Positions 1 through 10,327 of a stretch of 64,000 nucleotides of DNA are shown piece after piece (positions within the stretch are counted from its first letter, which is position 1; the number at the start of each line of letters is the position of its first letter). A program made the translations under genes and the position numbers. The notes beneath the pieces are model-generated. The model made no database searches. It saw only the letters and a list, made by a program, of their open reading frames with translations, and was not told the DNA's origin. Source of the stretch: an uncultured virus (IMG/VR IMGVR_UViG_3300021171_000137) (taxonomy: Duplodnaviria; Heunggongvirae; Uroviricota; Caudoviricetes); the IMG/VR virus record IMGVR_UViG_3300021171_000137; one strand, 5' to 3'.

Positions 1-84
1 TCGTGCCCGGATCCTCATCAACATCGAAGTCATCGCAGTATTTCGCGAACCACGCTTCGAAACTGTACGGTGGCGGCGTTTCCG

Positions 85-771
85 TCACGGCAGTTTTATT
101 CGCCGATTCATCAGCCATTCGCTGCAGCCCCATCGGCGCTTGACCCATCTGGGTAGCTCCCACGCGCCTTGACGGGTGACCTTTGGGGAAAAACGGGTCA
201 TCACGTCGGCATGCAACATGGGCAACGGCCGGTTCTCGTCCCAAAGGTCGTGCCAGGCGAAATCCCAGCGCTGGCCGTTCAGCGGAAACGTGAGCGCGTC
301 CGCGTGGTGAAGAGTCACCCGCTGGTTGCCGTCGAACTCGGCGCCGATCCGGTCCAGGATCATCCGATCCAGTTCGATCACGTCGATGTGGTCGACCTGG
401 TCGCGCGCGAGCAACCCGCGTACGACGCATCCCAGCCCCAGGCCGGTAACCAGCACGCGGCCGGTGCCGTGTATCAGGATCGGCAAATGCTTCATCAGTT
501 CCATCTGATGATCGAGCATCACGATATCGCCGTGCGGCAGGTGCATCTTCGCTTCGGTCCAACGGCCCAGGATCACGTAGGTGTCCCAGCAGCATATAAG
601 CCTAGCGATCGCCTGCTCATTGGTTGGTGGTCCTGTCGATATCAGTTCGGCGGTCTCTCCGTTGAGCTTCACGCGATCTAGCACCCACGGATAAAAATCG
701 CCCATCGGAACAGCTGGCGGGACCCGGCAGGCCTTCAGCAATCGGCTGCGTTCGATGGGCGTCAAGTACAT
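85..771 (-). CDS. SAM-dependent methyltransferase / spermidine-synthase-like protein
   Basis: Class I SAM-binding motifs VLVTGLGLG, VIELD, HHADA, WDFAWHDLW. Start moved to ATG 771 because the upstream extension overlaps a tRNA-like element. Confidence 0.65.
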   Translation of the reverse strand: MYLTPIERSRLLKACRVPPAVPMGDFYPWVLDRVKLNGETAELISTGPPTNEQAIARLICCWDTYVILGRWTEAKMHLPHGDIVMLDHQMELMKHLPILIHGTGRVLVTGLGLGCVVRGLLARDQVDHIDVIELDRMILDRIGAEFDGNQRVTLHHADALTFPLNGQRWDFAWHDLWDENRPLPMLHADVMTRFSPKVTRQGAWELPRWVKRRWGCSEWLMNRRIKLP

Positions 772-806
772 AGGAAAATGGAGGTCGCGCCCGGCGCTAC
801 CCGGGA

Positions 807-882
807 TGCAACGGAACCGGGATTCGAACCCGTACCGGCTATCCAACGGCTTGCAGACCGCGCCGGTTTATACGCGCTCCGC
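807..882 (-). ncRNA. tRNA-like element lacking a D stem (loop CTGCAA, Cys-like)
   Basis: Minus strand: acceptor GCGGAGC/GTTCCGT, T arm CGGG-TTCGAAT-CCCG, stems ACCGGC/GCCGGT and GCGGT/GCCGT, 3' TGCA; intergenic. Confidence 0.5.
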
Positions 883-912
883 GCGCGCTTGCGCTTCGCG
901 ACCATTTTGAAA

Positions 913-1176
913 TCAGTAGTTCAGGCGCTTGGCGATATCGGCCGCGCGCCGCACCCCTTCGCTGATGTTTCCGCCACCGAGCTGGCCCAGGATTTCCCGG
1001 ACGTCATCGTCCAGCTTGATGCTGAAGGGCCTGGCGCCATTGCCGTTTGTGGCGACCTGGAATTCAGTCGCGGTACCATCACCGACGCCAATGGCCTCGC
1101 GCGCCGTGAAGTCCAGTCCCAGCGTTGCAAGTTTCTTCGTCCTTCCGGTCTTCCTCGGTTTACGTTTCACGCTCAT
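913..1176 (-). CDS. Small ribbon-helix-helix-like DNA-binding protein
   Basis: FSIKLDD...LGGGNISEGVRRA pattern; resembles 14744..14923. Confidence 0.5.
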   Translation of the reverse strand: MSVKRKPRKTGRTKKLATLGLDFTAREAIGVGDGTATEFQVATNGNGARPFSIKLDDDVREILGQLGGGNISEGVRRAADIAKRLNY

Positions 1177-1421
1177 GGTTCACTCTCCCCTTGTGCCGGT
1201 CGCCATCCATCCACCAGTGCGCGCAGACGATCTGAACGAATACTGGCGGCCACCTGCTCGATTATTTCGGGCAAGAACGCCATCACTCTCAAGTCACCGG
1301 TCTGCACCGAAAAACCTTCGCCATGCTCTCCGCCGATGACGATCACGATCGCCGCGCGCGCTTTCGTCTTCTCCATGACCAGGGTGCACAGGTCATCGTA
1401 TTTGCCGGGGCCGACTGCCAC
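1173..1421 (-). CDS. Hypothetical phage protein
   Basis: Tightly packed ORF in leftward operon, 4-bp overlap with next gene. Confidence 0.6.
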   Translation of the reverse strand: MAVGPGKYDDLCTLVMEKTKARAAIVIVIGGEHGEGFSVQTGDLRVMAFLPEIIEQVAASIRSDRLRALVDGWRPAQGESEP

Positions 1422-1425
1422 TTTT

Positions 1426-1737
1426 TTAGAGTCCCAGCCCGTGCTTTGCCGAAAAGACCGCGACGAACGCTTTTAACTCGGCGTCGATCTGCGACATGCG
1501 CTCCAGATCCTTCGGCGTGGCGTCTCTGCCACCTTCGCTTACCAGAGCCAAAATCGACCCAAACAGATGTTGGGCGCCCGCGAAGAAAGCCATCCTGCAT
1601 TCGTCGATCTGAATCTGCGGCGCGGCAGCTTGCATGACCAAATATCGATAGGTCATCCAGCCGGCTTCGATCAGTTTTCCCTCGTCAGTTAAGTTACGCG
1701 CCAGCTGATCGGCAAGATTGCGGATCTTCTCATCCAT
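1426..1737 (-). CDS. Hypothetical phage protein
   Basis: ORF in operon; QIDECRMAFFAGA motif seen in small phage proteins. Confidence 0.65.
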   Translation of the reverse strand: MDEKIRNLADQLARNLTDEGKLIEAGWMTYRYLVMQAAAPQIQIDECRMAFFAGAQHLFGSILALVSEGGRDATPKDLERMSQIDAELKAFVAVFSAKHGLGL

Positions 1738-1967
1738 GCGTGGCCTTCAAGGTGATCGGATCGGCATCTGATCCGCTAGGCCGTCGGCCAGGATTCCCAT
1801 GTCGGCGTCCAGCCAGCCGGCGCGCCAGCTTTTCGCGGCGAACTCGCCCACGGTCTTTGCGCTGGGGCAATGCGAGAGGCCGTAACCGTCGCACCGTGAT
1901 TTCGAGCCGTCGCGAAACATGCCTTCATTCCACTTCGGCGGATCTTCCGCGCTACTGAACCGATCGA

Positions 1968-2225
1968 TCACGGCTGCACTTTCGGCGTCAGCACGGACCA
2001 GCCGTGCGACCTCGAATACTGGATCACATGCTTGTGCTGAAGATGCTGCAAGCGCCGGTCGATCACGCGGTACGGATCGCGCATGTCGTTCGGTGTGGCT
2101 TGCCCGGCGATCAGGCGCACTTCCTCGATGTTGATCTGATGAAAGCGTTTGGCGCCGGCCCGGATCCTGGCCACGATCGCCGCGTCCAGGTCGGCGTACT
2201 TGGTACCGGCCGGCGCTTCGCTCAC
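1968..2225 (-). CDS. Hypothetical (winged-helix-like) protein
   Basis: RVIDRRLQHL...IQY...GW pattern; overlaps neighbours by 4 bp. Confidence 0.55.
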   Translation of the reverse strand: MSEAPAGTKYADLDAAIVARIRAGAKRFHQINIEEVRLIAGQATPNDMRDPYRVIDRRLQHLQHKHVIQYSRSHGWSVLTPKVQP

Positions 2226-2521
2226 GCCGATCCCTTCCGCGCCGCGGCCCGTTCCGCCAACGCCTGCGCCACGATCTGGCCGACGCGCTGCTTGGTCAAG
2301 CCGTGCATTTCGCCGATTTCCTCCAGCGTCATCTTGCCCTCTTCCCGCAGCGCAAGAATCCCCTGACGGAACTCGGCTTTTTCCGCGCGCGCCTTCCTCG
2401 ATTCCTCCGACATGGCCCGCGGGAATGGTTCGACCCGTTTCTTCTTAATGATCTTTTTCCTCACCACGTCGCATCCCTTTTCGGCCTCGCCGACGATTTT
2501 ACGCTGAAAGTCAAGTTGCAT
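2222..2521 (-). CDS. Helix-turn-helix protein (sigma-70 region 4-like)
   Basis: MTLEEIGEMHGLTKQRVGQIV. Confidence 0.65.
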   Translation of the reverse strand: MQLDFQRKIVGEAEKGCDVVRKKIIKKKRVEPFPRAMSEESRKARAEKAEFRQGILALREEGKMTLEEIGEMHGLTKQRVGQIVAQALAERAAARKGSA

Positions 2522-2530
2522 GTCTAGGGT

Positions 2531-3322
2531 CTACCTGGGCTCCGGAAGGGCGCCCGGAAAACGCTTGGCGATGATCCGGTTTAGCTGGTCGACCAGTTCG
2601 GGCCGCTTGAACGTCACGTGCCCGTTGCCGTTTTTGAACAGGCGCACCGACAGGTATTCGGTGTCGGCCGTCTTCGGCCACGCGCCGGCTTCGCGGTGTG
2701 CCTTGCTCAGCACGTGGTACATGCCATCGCGGTGGTCTGGCTCCGGCTTGCCGTCCAGCACGTGGAAGACGCGCGCCAGATCGTCCAGCTTGTCGGTGCC
2801 GGCGTGATTCATGCCGTACGTGTAGCACAGGTACGTGAGGATGATGCGCTTGCCGAACTTTTGCGGCAGATTCGTTTTGTAGTGCCACGACAGCTGCTTG
2901 AAACAGCGGATGACGCCTTCCTCGAACATGTCGCCGCGGTTCTCATACATCGTGCGGAATGTCGCCGCGATGGTCGCCGCGGTCAGTTCCGGCACGTCAC
3001 CCTTGTGGCCCTCGTCCCATTTGCTGCGCGTTTCGGCGTCCATGAACGTGCGCAGGCCGGATTCTGACATCAGGTATTGCCAAGCCGGCCAGTCGATCGC
3101 GTGCTGAACCAGCTTTTCGGCGTCGTGACCGTCGGACCGGCGCAGCGAATGGTCCGACCGATAGCCCAGGTGGATGCGCAAATCGGGGAAGCCCAAGTGC
3201 GCGACCTCGGCGATTTTCGAGGCCTCTTCGATTAGCGCAAGCGCCTGAGTCATCCGCTCCATGACCGCGGCGCGCTGGTTGACGAGGTTTTCGATGCTGA
3301 CGCTTTTGACTACATCAAGCAT
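2531..3322 (-). CDS. DUF4942-like protein
   Basis: YKTN..KFGKRIIL, LDDLARVFHVLDGK, RLFKNGNGHVTFKRPELVDQLNRIIA motifs. Confidence 0.7.
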   Translation of the reverse strand: MLDVVKSVSIENLVNQRAAVMERMTQALALIEEASKIAEVAHLGFPDLRIHLGYRSDHSLRRSDGHDAEKLVQHAIDWPAWQYLMSESGLRTFMDAETRSKWDEGHKGDVPELTAATIAATFRTMYENRGDMFEEGVIRCFKQLSWHYKTNLPQKFGKRIILTYLCYTYGMNHAGTDKLDDLARVFHVLDGKPEPDHRDGMYHVLSKAHREAGAWPKTADTEYLSVRLFKNGNGHVTFKRPELVDQLNRIIAKRFPGALPEPR

Positions 3323-3959
3323 GGACGGTTTCCTTCACGGGGATTAGCTTTTCCGGGTGCGGCACCCAGCCCTCGATCCTCTTGCGCTGCCAGTCTGCGT
3401 ATTTGGCCAGCTGTTCGGCCTTGGGGCGGACAGAGCGCTTGGCGTAATCGGCGTTATGGTGGCTCGCGACCATCAGCGGCGTGATTTCGATCGAGCACTT
3501 GTTCACGGCGTCCCACTGGAAACCCGGATCGCCAATGCCGAATTCCAGGCCTTTGAAACGACCGCTGTCGACCTGGACAGCCCACTTCAGGCCGTGCCCC
3601 ATGTCCTTCTTCACGATCGCGCCTTGAACCCATTCGTATTCGCTGCGGCCCCACCTGATCACCTGGGGTGCATCGCGGTGGCTCATGTACACATGGCACA
3701 CGCCGACGGCTTCGGTTGCCGGCTGCTCGAGCTGTTCGGCCCTCGTGACCAGGCTGGCCGATTCCTTCGTTGACCACTTGATCATCCCCTCGATCAGGCT
3801 GATGTCCTGCTCGAAAGGCAGATGGTCGGCGCCGCTGCACACACCGCTGAAGAACCCCCAGCGCTTTGTGTAACCGTGCTTCGAAAGCTTACCGCCCGGA
3901 AGCATCTGCGGACGCCCGCAGACCTGGCAGTGCCCTTGGTGAGTCGATTTACTGGCCAT
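3315..3959 (-). CDS. Hypothetical protein with N-terminal Zn-binding motif
   Basis: GHCQVCGR...HGY...CSG; start at MASKST. Confidence 0.6.
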   Translation of the reverse strand: MASKSTHQGHCQVCGRPQMLPGGKLSKHGYTKRWGFFSGVCSGADHLPFEQDISLIEGMIKWSTKESASLVTRAEQLEQPATEAVGVCHVYMSHRDAPQVIRWGRSEYEWVQGAIVKKDMGHGLKWAVQVDSGRFKGLEFGIGDPGFQWDAVNKCSIEITPLMVASHHNADYAKRSVRPKAEQLAKYADWQRKRIEGWVPHPEKLIPVKETVHA

Positions 3960-4254
3960 GTGGCATTCCACCCATGATGTTCGCGGCAACGGCGGCCGGC
4001 TCGCGGCCTTCAACGAAGCCCTCGTGGATCAGCACGTCGTTCGCAGGAATCATGACGATTCCCTGAGCGTCGGAACGGTCCAAGCCAAAGGCCTCGATCG
4101 CCACGGTGACCGCTTCCCAGTATTCCAGGTCGCTCATGACGCCACCGATTCGGAGGCCGACATTCCGACCATCACGACCACCGCGAAGACCGCCATCACG
4201 ACACCGAAGACCACCATTTCAACCTCCTGAAAGAACCAACCAACCACAGAACGA

Positions 4255-4296
4255 AGCATAGCCCAGGTAAACCAGTAAGTCAAGCGTTATGTCCAG
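4255..4296 (-). promoter_or_regulatory. Leftward sigma70 promoter with 12-bp-spaced repeats
   Basis: TTGACT-17bp-TATGCT on minus strand; CTGGAC/CTTGAC/GTTTAC at 12-bp period. Confidence 0.7.
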
Positions 4297-4326
4297 GGAA
4301 AAGGGCGGCTATTTCCGGCCATTTTC

Positions 4327-4368
4327 CTTTACTGAACACTTGACACGACGCTTTACCTTTGATACGCT
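4327..4368 (+). promoter_or_regulatory. Rightward sigma70 promoter with 12-bp-spaced repeats
   Basis: TTGACA(4340)-17bp-TACGCT; CTTTAC/CTTGAC/CTTTAC at 4327/4339/4351. Confidence 0.7.
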
Positions 4369-4407
4369 GCATCTGTGATTGGGGTTCGATGGAAAAGGAG
4401 GTTCCCC

Positions 4408-4716
4408 ATGCCAGTCAGTGCAGTGCCCGATTTCTCGAAGACGGTTGCGGCCGTCGTCCTGGGCAAGAAAGTCACTCAGGGTCAACTCTCGAAGGCCTTC
4501 GACCTGGTCGCGCCGAAAACCGGCCCCGGGACGGCCTGGAAAAACCCGATCGATACGGAAGTCCTGATCGCCAAGCACTTCAAGATGCTGGTGATCCGGG
4601 AGGCCGTGATCCACATGACCGGGTCCGTGCCGACCTTCACCCCGGTGCGCGTCCTGAAGTCCGGGTGCGTGTACCGCGTCAAAGCGGCCGGCTACTACGC
4701 CACCATCGGAGCCTGA
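4408..4716 (+). CDS. Hypothetical early protein
   Basis: AGGAGG RBS before ATG 4408; first gene after promoter. Confidence 0.7.
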   Translation: MPVSAVPDFSKTVAAVVLGKKVTQGQLSKAFDLVAPKTGPGTAWKNPIDTEVLIAKHFKMLVIREAVIHMTGSVPTFTPVRVLKSGCVYRVKAAGYYATIGA

Positions 4717-6047
4717 CAGATGGCCACTCTGAACGATGCCATCGCGGCCAACCGAGCCCGCGAAGCGGCTAAGCGAGACGTGACGCTGGCCAGCGGAAAG
4801 ACAGTGACCCACACGCGCCACCCGGACGGGGCGTGGCTGGTCGACCAGGACTTGACCGCCGACGAATGGCTTCAGTACGTCGGCCTTGTGAAGGGCAGGA
4901 TTTCCGACTTTGCCAATGATGCAGATCGCGAGGATTTCGATGCACGCCGTTAACGTTCTGGAAGCGATGTGGAACCTGGGAGCCTGGGTCGAAGCCGCGC
5001 GCGTGGCGCGCTGGCTGGCCGCGGGCGTGTCCGTCTTCATGGCGGCGCACTACCTCGCATCGCTGGGCGTGCCGCTGGGCATGGCTCGCGCGATCCTGCT
5101 GGGAGCCTGACCGTGAATGATGCGATAACTGCGGCACTCGCCGCGCTGAAAGAGCTTGACCGTGCGATGTTGCCGATAGATACGTCTGATTTACCGGCCG
5201 AAGTGCCGGAAGCAATCATCGCTACTCGATCCGCAATCGCCGCAATCCACGCGACCATGGCAATTCCAACCCTCGAACAGACCATCGAGCGCATTAAGCG
5301 TGAGATTGTCGCGGATATCCTGAATCCGCCCGACGGCTTCAAGGTGATCCCGCATACCGTCGCCAGCTTCGAGGAACTTCACAACTACCGCGACGCGAAC
5401 TGTTACGGCGGGTTTTGTGATGACGACTTCGCCGATGTCCTGATTGCGCATTTCGGCGGCCGCGACGAACACGAGGGAATGCCGGACGCCATGCTGGACT
5501 ACATGAACGCGGCGCACGCCGCGATCGACGCGTGGATGCGTTCCGGCGAACTTGCCACCCTTCTGAAAGCCTGAACCCATGGCCGATGCCCAACGCTTCG
5601 AATACTGGGACACGCCCACGCTCGCCGAGTGCATACGTCTAATGCGTGCCGAACTGCGCCGCCGCTCGCTGGACTGCTTCATCGAGCGCCGCAGCGGCCC
5701 GCGCCTGGGACCGGAGCACCGCCGCGGCTGGGACCGGCTGCCGGCGCCCACGGATCAATCCGTCATCATGGAAGGGGAAGCATGAAACAACCGACCAAGG
5801 CTGAGGCCCGCGCGATCGCCAAGCAGGGAAAGGCGCTCGAGCGTGAGCTGGCCGCTGAGGCAAAGGACATCGCCGAGGCTGAACAAATGGGTGTGACGGT
5901 GACGGTGTACGACAGTCACACCGAGGCGCGCAAGGGCTGGGTTCGCCACTTGAACAACCAGTTCCGGCCGGGATTGCAATCCGAAACCACCCTGCCCTGC
6001 TGGCTCAAAATCTTCGGCTTGCGCAAACGCAAGAAGGAAGTAGGCAA

Positions 6048-6341
6048 ATGAAAACACAGACGCATACCCACCCCAGGTACCTGGGCCGCACGGTCGAGTG
6101 GGGCCATTGGGGCATCACGTTCATGGACAAGCAGCCCGACCCGATGATGAACTTTGGCGTCATCGTGGCCACGATTCCGTTCGGAGTCGGCGCCCGCGGC
6201 CCCGTCGACGGCACGGCGGGATCGGATCTTCGCAAGGCGTACGAAGCCATGTGCCACAACTGGGTCGACAACGGGATCCTGCCGGCCGGCTGCATGCTGT
6301 CCATGGACCTGGCCGCGCAAGCGGCTCTGGACAACGTGTGA
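6048..6341 (+). CDS. Hypothetical protein
   Basis: Coupled ORF in rightward operon. Confidence 0.55.
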   Translation: MKTQTHTHPRYLGRTVEWGHWGITFMDKQPDPMMNFGVIVATIPFGVGARGPVDGTAGSDLRKAYEAMCHNWVDNGILPAGCMLSMDLAAQAALDNV

Positions 6342-6850
6342 AGCCGCCGACCAAAGTCGAAAGGCGTCTCGACCTGCTGGCCGCCGCGCGCCTGAGCCCG
6401 GACCGGTTCAAGTTCGAGCCGGCCCGGTACCCGCCGGAGAAGATCGATTACCGCGCGTTCATGGCAGCGCCCTGGAACCTGTCCGAGCAGGACGCGCGCG
6501 ACACCGCGGCGCGCATGGCCCGCGAATGGGTCCTTCGCAGCGACACCTACCAGGTCGCGATGATCGATTGGCCCTGCTTGCCGCTGGCCGTCACGCTCAC
6601 GCACCTGTCGATCAAGCGGATCGATCGCGAACCGATTCACGACTGGCGCGAATTCCAGATGATCAAAAACACGCTGTGCGGACCGGAGCGGGAAGCGGTC
6701 GAAATCTACCCGGCCGAGTCGCGCCTGGTCGACACGGCGAACCAGTTTCATCTGTGGGTTCTACCCGAAGGTCGGCAGTGGCCCATGGGCTGGGACACGC
6801 GCCTCGTCACCGAAGACGAACCGGGACAGGTGAAACAGCGGCCTTTTTGA
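6338..6850 (+). CDS. Conserved phage hypothetical protein
   Basis: HLSIKRIDREPIHDWREFQMIKN...EAVEIYPAESRLVDTANQFHLW motif; GTG start overlaps the previous stop. Confidence 0.7.
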   Translation: MKPPTKVERRLDLLAAARLSPDRFKFEPARYPPEKIDYRAFMAAPWNLSEQDARDTAARMAREWVLRSDTYQVAMIDWPCLPLAVTLTHLSIKRIDREPIHDWREFQMIKNTLCGPEREAVEIYPAESRLVDTANQFHLWVLPEGRQWPMGWDTRLVTEDEPGQVKQRPF

Positions 6851-6891
6851 TTGACTGAACGATTGACATCACGCTTTACTTGTGGGATCAT
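6850..6891 (+). promoter_or_regulatory. Sigma70 promoter with 12-bp-spaced repeats
   Basis: TTGACA(6863)-17bp-GATCAT; ATTGAC/ATTGAC/CTTTAC at 6850/6862/6874. Confidence 0.65.
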
Positions 6892-7793
6892 GCGTGTATG
6901 GAAACGAAAGCGATCAAGGCCGAAAAGTTCCTGGGTGAGTTCTACCACCATGGCGCATACGTCGGCAGCCTCTACAAAAGCGAAGGCGGCTACATCGTGC
7001 GCGAGGTCAAGCCCTTCGCCCGCAGAGTCGGACCGGTCCTTTTCGAAGGCAAGACGTTTGCCGCTTCCGAGCTGATGAAGATCGGGCAAACCAACCTGGG
7101 ATACGGCGTGATCCGCCGCTATTCCTTCGCAACCCTGGGGACACAGTGACCATGGAAACCGTGCTTTTCACCCAGACCAACGAAGAAACCGGCGTTCGCG
7201 CCTCGGTCTTCGCGTTCTGCCGCGGCGGATTCGGGGTCGAAATCTTCGACGTCGACGCTGAGCAGGCGCTTCCGTCGTTGCGCGTGTTCCCCAAGCAAGG
7301 CGACGCCGAAACCTTCGCCGCTCTGTGCTGCGCGTAAATGCTGCTCATCATCTTCGCCTTCTGCCTCGCAACCGGCTGGCTGATCAGCCGCCCGATCGTT
7401 CGAATTCTGGGAGTCGCCAGATGAGCGCCGTAAAGAAAGCCCGCCTGAGCCCCGAACAGCGCAAGGCGCTCGAGGCTTACAAGTTCGCGGAGCGCCAGGA
7501 AGATCGATACCTGGGTAGCGTGTTCGCCAACGCCCACGGACAGGCGCAGTACGAAGCCAAGACGCGCGCCGCGTACGAACGCTGCAAGGCCCTCGGCATG
7601 GGCGTGGAACACGGCCTGTGACCGTCGCCGAAGCCAAGGCCTACCTGGGCTGGCACTACGTGCTGCACCCGGAATACGAGCTGGCCCGCAATCCCTGGCA
7701 TTCCATGAAACACGGCGTCAACGTCCGCTACACCTGGGGGCGCGTGATCGCCCGCAACATCCAACAGCGCCGCACGGCGCTTCGAAAGGTGGC

Positions 7794-8102
7794 GTGATGG
7801 GCATGGCCAGAGACCTGATTGACCGGCTTAAGGCGCAGTACCGCACCGACAAGGCGATCGAAAAGGCGCGGGGCGTGCGCACCATCATCATTCCGGCGCG
7901 CGAGCAACACGAGGGCTACTTGCTTCTGCACCTGACTCTCCCGTGGAAGTGCCTGCACTGCGGCGGTCCGCGCGGGGAGCCCTTCGCGGCACTATCCTAC
8001 GACGGCAGCCGGCGCCTGACGGTCGACAGCTGGATCAACCCGTGCGGCCACGTCGAGACGTACAGCGAGATTCGCGCCGCGATCAGGGGCGACAAGCCGT
8101 GA
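7794..8102 (+). CDS. Zn-ribbon hypothetical protein
   Basis: WKCLHCGGPRGEP...WINPCGH. Confidence 0.6.
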   Translation: MMGMARDLIDRLKAQYRTDKAIEKARGVRTIIIPAREQHEGYLLLHLTLPWKCLHCGGPRGEPFAALSYDGSRRLTVDSWINPCGHVETYSEIRAAIRGDKP

Positions 8103-8283
8103 AGGTCTGGCGCCAACCTCCCCTGTCCGACATGGAAATCAAGATGCGCTGTCACCTTTGGTGGTGGGTCAGCGCTGCCGTTTGGCTGGCCAGCGTCATC
8201 GTGCTGGCAGTCGGCTGGTTCATTGCCTTTTAATACTCTTACACCTTAGAATGCACCCGTTTTAACGTCCCTGCGGGTGACAA

Positions 8284-8925
8284 ATGATATTAACGGTTGG
8301 CAATACGAAGGGCGGGGTCGGCAAGACCACGCTGGCGCTGCACATCGCGATCGCGCGGGCGCTGGCGGGCCGGGAAGTCTGGTTGATCGATGGCGATCGC
8401 CAGGGCACAGCGCAGACGGCGATTGGACTGCGGTCCGAAGCGGGCAGGGTGCCTGGCATTGCTTGCGCGTCCTATCCTGACGGCCCAGCGCTGCGCGGCC
8501 AGGTTCAGCAGCAGGCAGCTCGCTTCCAGGATGTGGTCATCGACGCAGGCGGCCGCGATTCGAGCGCTCTGCGGGCCGCCCTGGTGCTTTCCGATGTCAT
8601 TCTGGTGCCGTTCCAACCCCGCTCCTATGATGTCTGGGCTCTGGACGCGATCGAGGCTCTGATCACCGAGGCGCGGTCGGTGCGCGACGGACTGCGCGCG
8701 CTGGGCGTGCTGAGCCTAGCTGACCCGGGCGAGGGCGCCGACAACCGGGAAGCAGCTGCGGCGCTGAACGGTCGCCAGATTGAACTGCTGGACACGCCGA
8801 TCCGCAAGCGCAAGGCCTTTGCCAATGCGGCGGGCGCCGGCATTTCCGTGGTCGAACAAAAGCCCGTCGACGAAAAAGCGATCGCCGAAATGAATGCAAT
8901 GATTTCCGCATTATTTTCCGATTAA
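8284..8925 (+). CDS. parA: ParA/ParF-type plasmid partition ATPase
   Basis: Deviant Walker A KGGVGKTT, IDGDRQG, VVIDAGG; short type Ib length (213 aa). Confidence 0.92.
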   Translation: MILTVGNTKGGVGKTTLALHIAIARALAGREVWLIDGDRQGTAQTAIGLRSEAGRVPGIACASYPDGPALRGQVQQQAARFQDVVIDAGGRDSSALRAALVLSDVILVPFQPRSYDVWALDAIEALITEARSVRDGLRALGVLSLADPGEGADNREAAAALNGRQIELLDTPIRKRKAFANAAGAGISVVEQKPVDEKAIAEMNAMISALFSD

Positions 8926-8960
8926 TGCAACATTACAATGCGGACCTGAAAGGATATTAA

Positions 8961-9212
8961 ATGGCGATTACACGACCGACAGCGAAACCGCGCACCGTGG
9001 ATGACTTCGTCGCCCGCGCGCCGGATGCTGGAGCAGCAACGCAAAAAGGAATTCTGGGCGGCGTTCGCAAGGGTAAGAAGCGCCAGATCAGCCTGACCAT
9101 CACCGACCATCTGCTCGAGCGCGCCGATCGGCTGGCGACACATAAGAGTGTGAGCCGCGCGGGTGCAGTGGCGTGGGCGCTGGACGTAGGCCTCAAAGCG
9201 GAGGGATTCTAA
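8961..9212 (+). CDS. Ribbon-helix-helix partition adaptor (ParG-like)
   Basis: Directly follows parA; QISLTITDHLLERADRLA...SRAG RHH pattern. Confidence 0.7.
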   Translation: MAITRPTAKPRTVDDFVARAPDAGAATQKGILGGVRKGKKRQISLTITDHLLERADRLATHKSVSRAGAVAWALDVGLKAEGF

Positions 9213-9215
9213 AAA

Positions 9216-9605
9216 ATGAGCGTCCTCTGGATCCAGCAAACCTTCCGATACAAATTCCCGACCGGCGAGCCGGATATCGTTTGGGACATCGGCGCGGCGC
9301 GCCAAGCTGTGACCAGAGGCTTAACCGCCCTACCGGAGCCGGTGAGGATCGAGCCGGCGATGATGCGCGACATTTCCGAAAGCAACGAGTGGGACCCGGA
9401 ACACCTGGATGGCGTTGATCCGGATGAACCAGGGATCGCCGCGCCGATCATCGACGAGGGCAGGGTGATCTACATCCTGATTGACGGCCAGCACCGCAAC
9501 GCGCGCGCGCTGCGCGATGGGAAAGCCTTCAGCGCGTACATCCTGACCGACCAGGCGTCCCGGGCGTGCGTGCTCGAGCCGCGCTCGCATCCGAGGCTGC
9601 CATGA
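9216..9605 (+). CDS. ParB/Srx N-terminal-like domain protein
   Basis: PII...ILIDGQHRNARA motif. Confidence 0.55.
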   Translation: MSVLWIQQTFRYKFPTGEPDIVWDIGAARQAVTRGLTALPEPVRIEPAMMRDISESNEWDPEHLDGVDPDEPGIAAPIIDEGRVIYILIDGQHRNARALRDGKAFSAYILTDQASRACVLEPRSHPRLP

Positions 9606-9832
9606 CGACAGAGCGTGATGACGGAGGGCCAGCGTTTCCCAGTCTGGAACGCGTGGGCGAAATCGTGCAAGTGGCGCACGAAGGCATGAGCCTGCGAGCC
9701 TATTACTTGGGCAAGGTTGTTCCGGCGCTTATCGCACACCTCGGTCCGCATCGTGTTGAAAAGGACGTGGAAGAGTTGCCGGACGTGGCCCTCAAGCTGG
9801 CCGATATGATGATCAAGGCGCTCAGGCGATGA
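9602..9832 (+). CDS. Conserved small phage protein
   Basis: DGGPAFP...GMSLRAYY motif. Confidence 0.65.
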   Translation: MTTERDDGGPAFPSLERVGEIVQVAHEGMSLRAYYLGKVVPALIAHLGPHRVEKDVEELPDVALKLADMMIKALRR

Positions 9833-10122
9833 GCTGGGCCCGGTCCTTCCGCATCCTGCGCGCCGCGGCCGGCCTTCAGCAGGCTGAGCTGGCCAAGCGG
9901 CTACTGATCACGCCCAGCCACCTGTCGCTGATCGAGGGCGGCAAACGCATGCCCAGTACGCAGCTAACGCACCGCCTGGCCAAGGCGCTGAAGACGTCCG
10001 ACATTCTGGTCACGGCGATGGCCACCGGCCCGGAGTGGTATGACGATCCCAGGATCAGCGGCCAGGCCTGCGTCGGGTTGCTGCGGATGCTGCTGGCGAT
10101 CGGGGACGGCAGGGAAGGGTGA
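9829..10122 (+). CDS. XRE-family HTH regulator
   Basis: LRAAAGLQQAELAKRLLITPSHLSLIEGGKRMPS. Confidence 0.85.
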   Translation: MSWARSFRILRAAAGLQQAELAKRLLITPSHLSLIEGGKRMPSTQLTHRLAKALKTSDILVTAMATGPEWYDDPRISGQACVGLLRMLLAIGDGREG

Positions 10123-10327
10123 TGATGAACCCTTGGAAAGATTTGGCGCTCGGGAACAGCGCCGCGACGCGCTATGAACTGCCCGTTAACCGAATGATCG
10201 TGTACGTGATGTTCCATGCCGGGTCCGACCAAGCGCGCGCTATTGCCCCCGACTCGAGACTGATCTATCCCTGTGCAGTGGACGGCTTATTCCGCTTGGA
10301 TTGTCTGGACGCGTTGAGCGCGATGCT

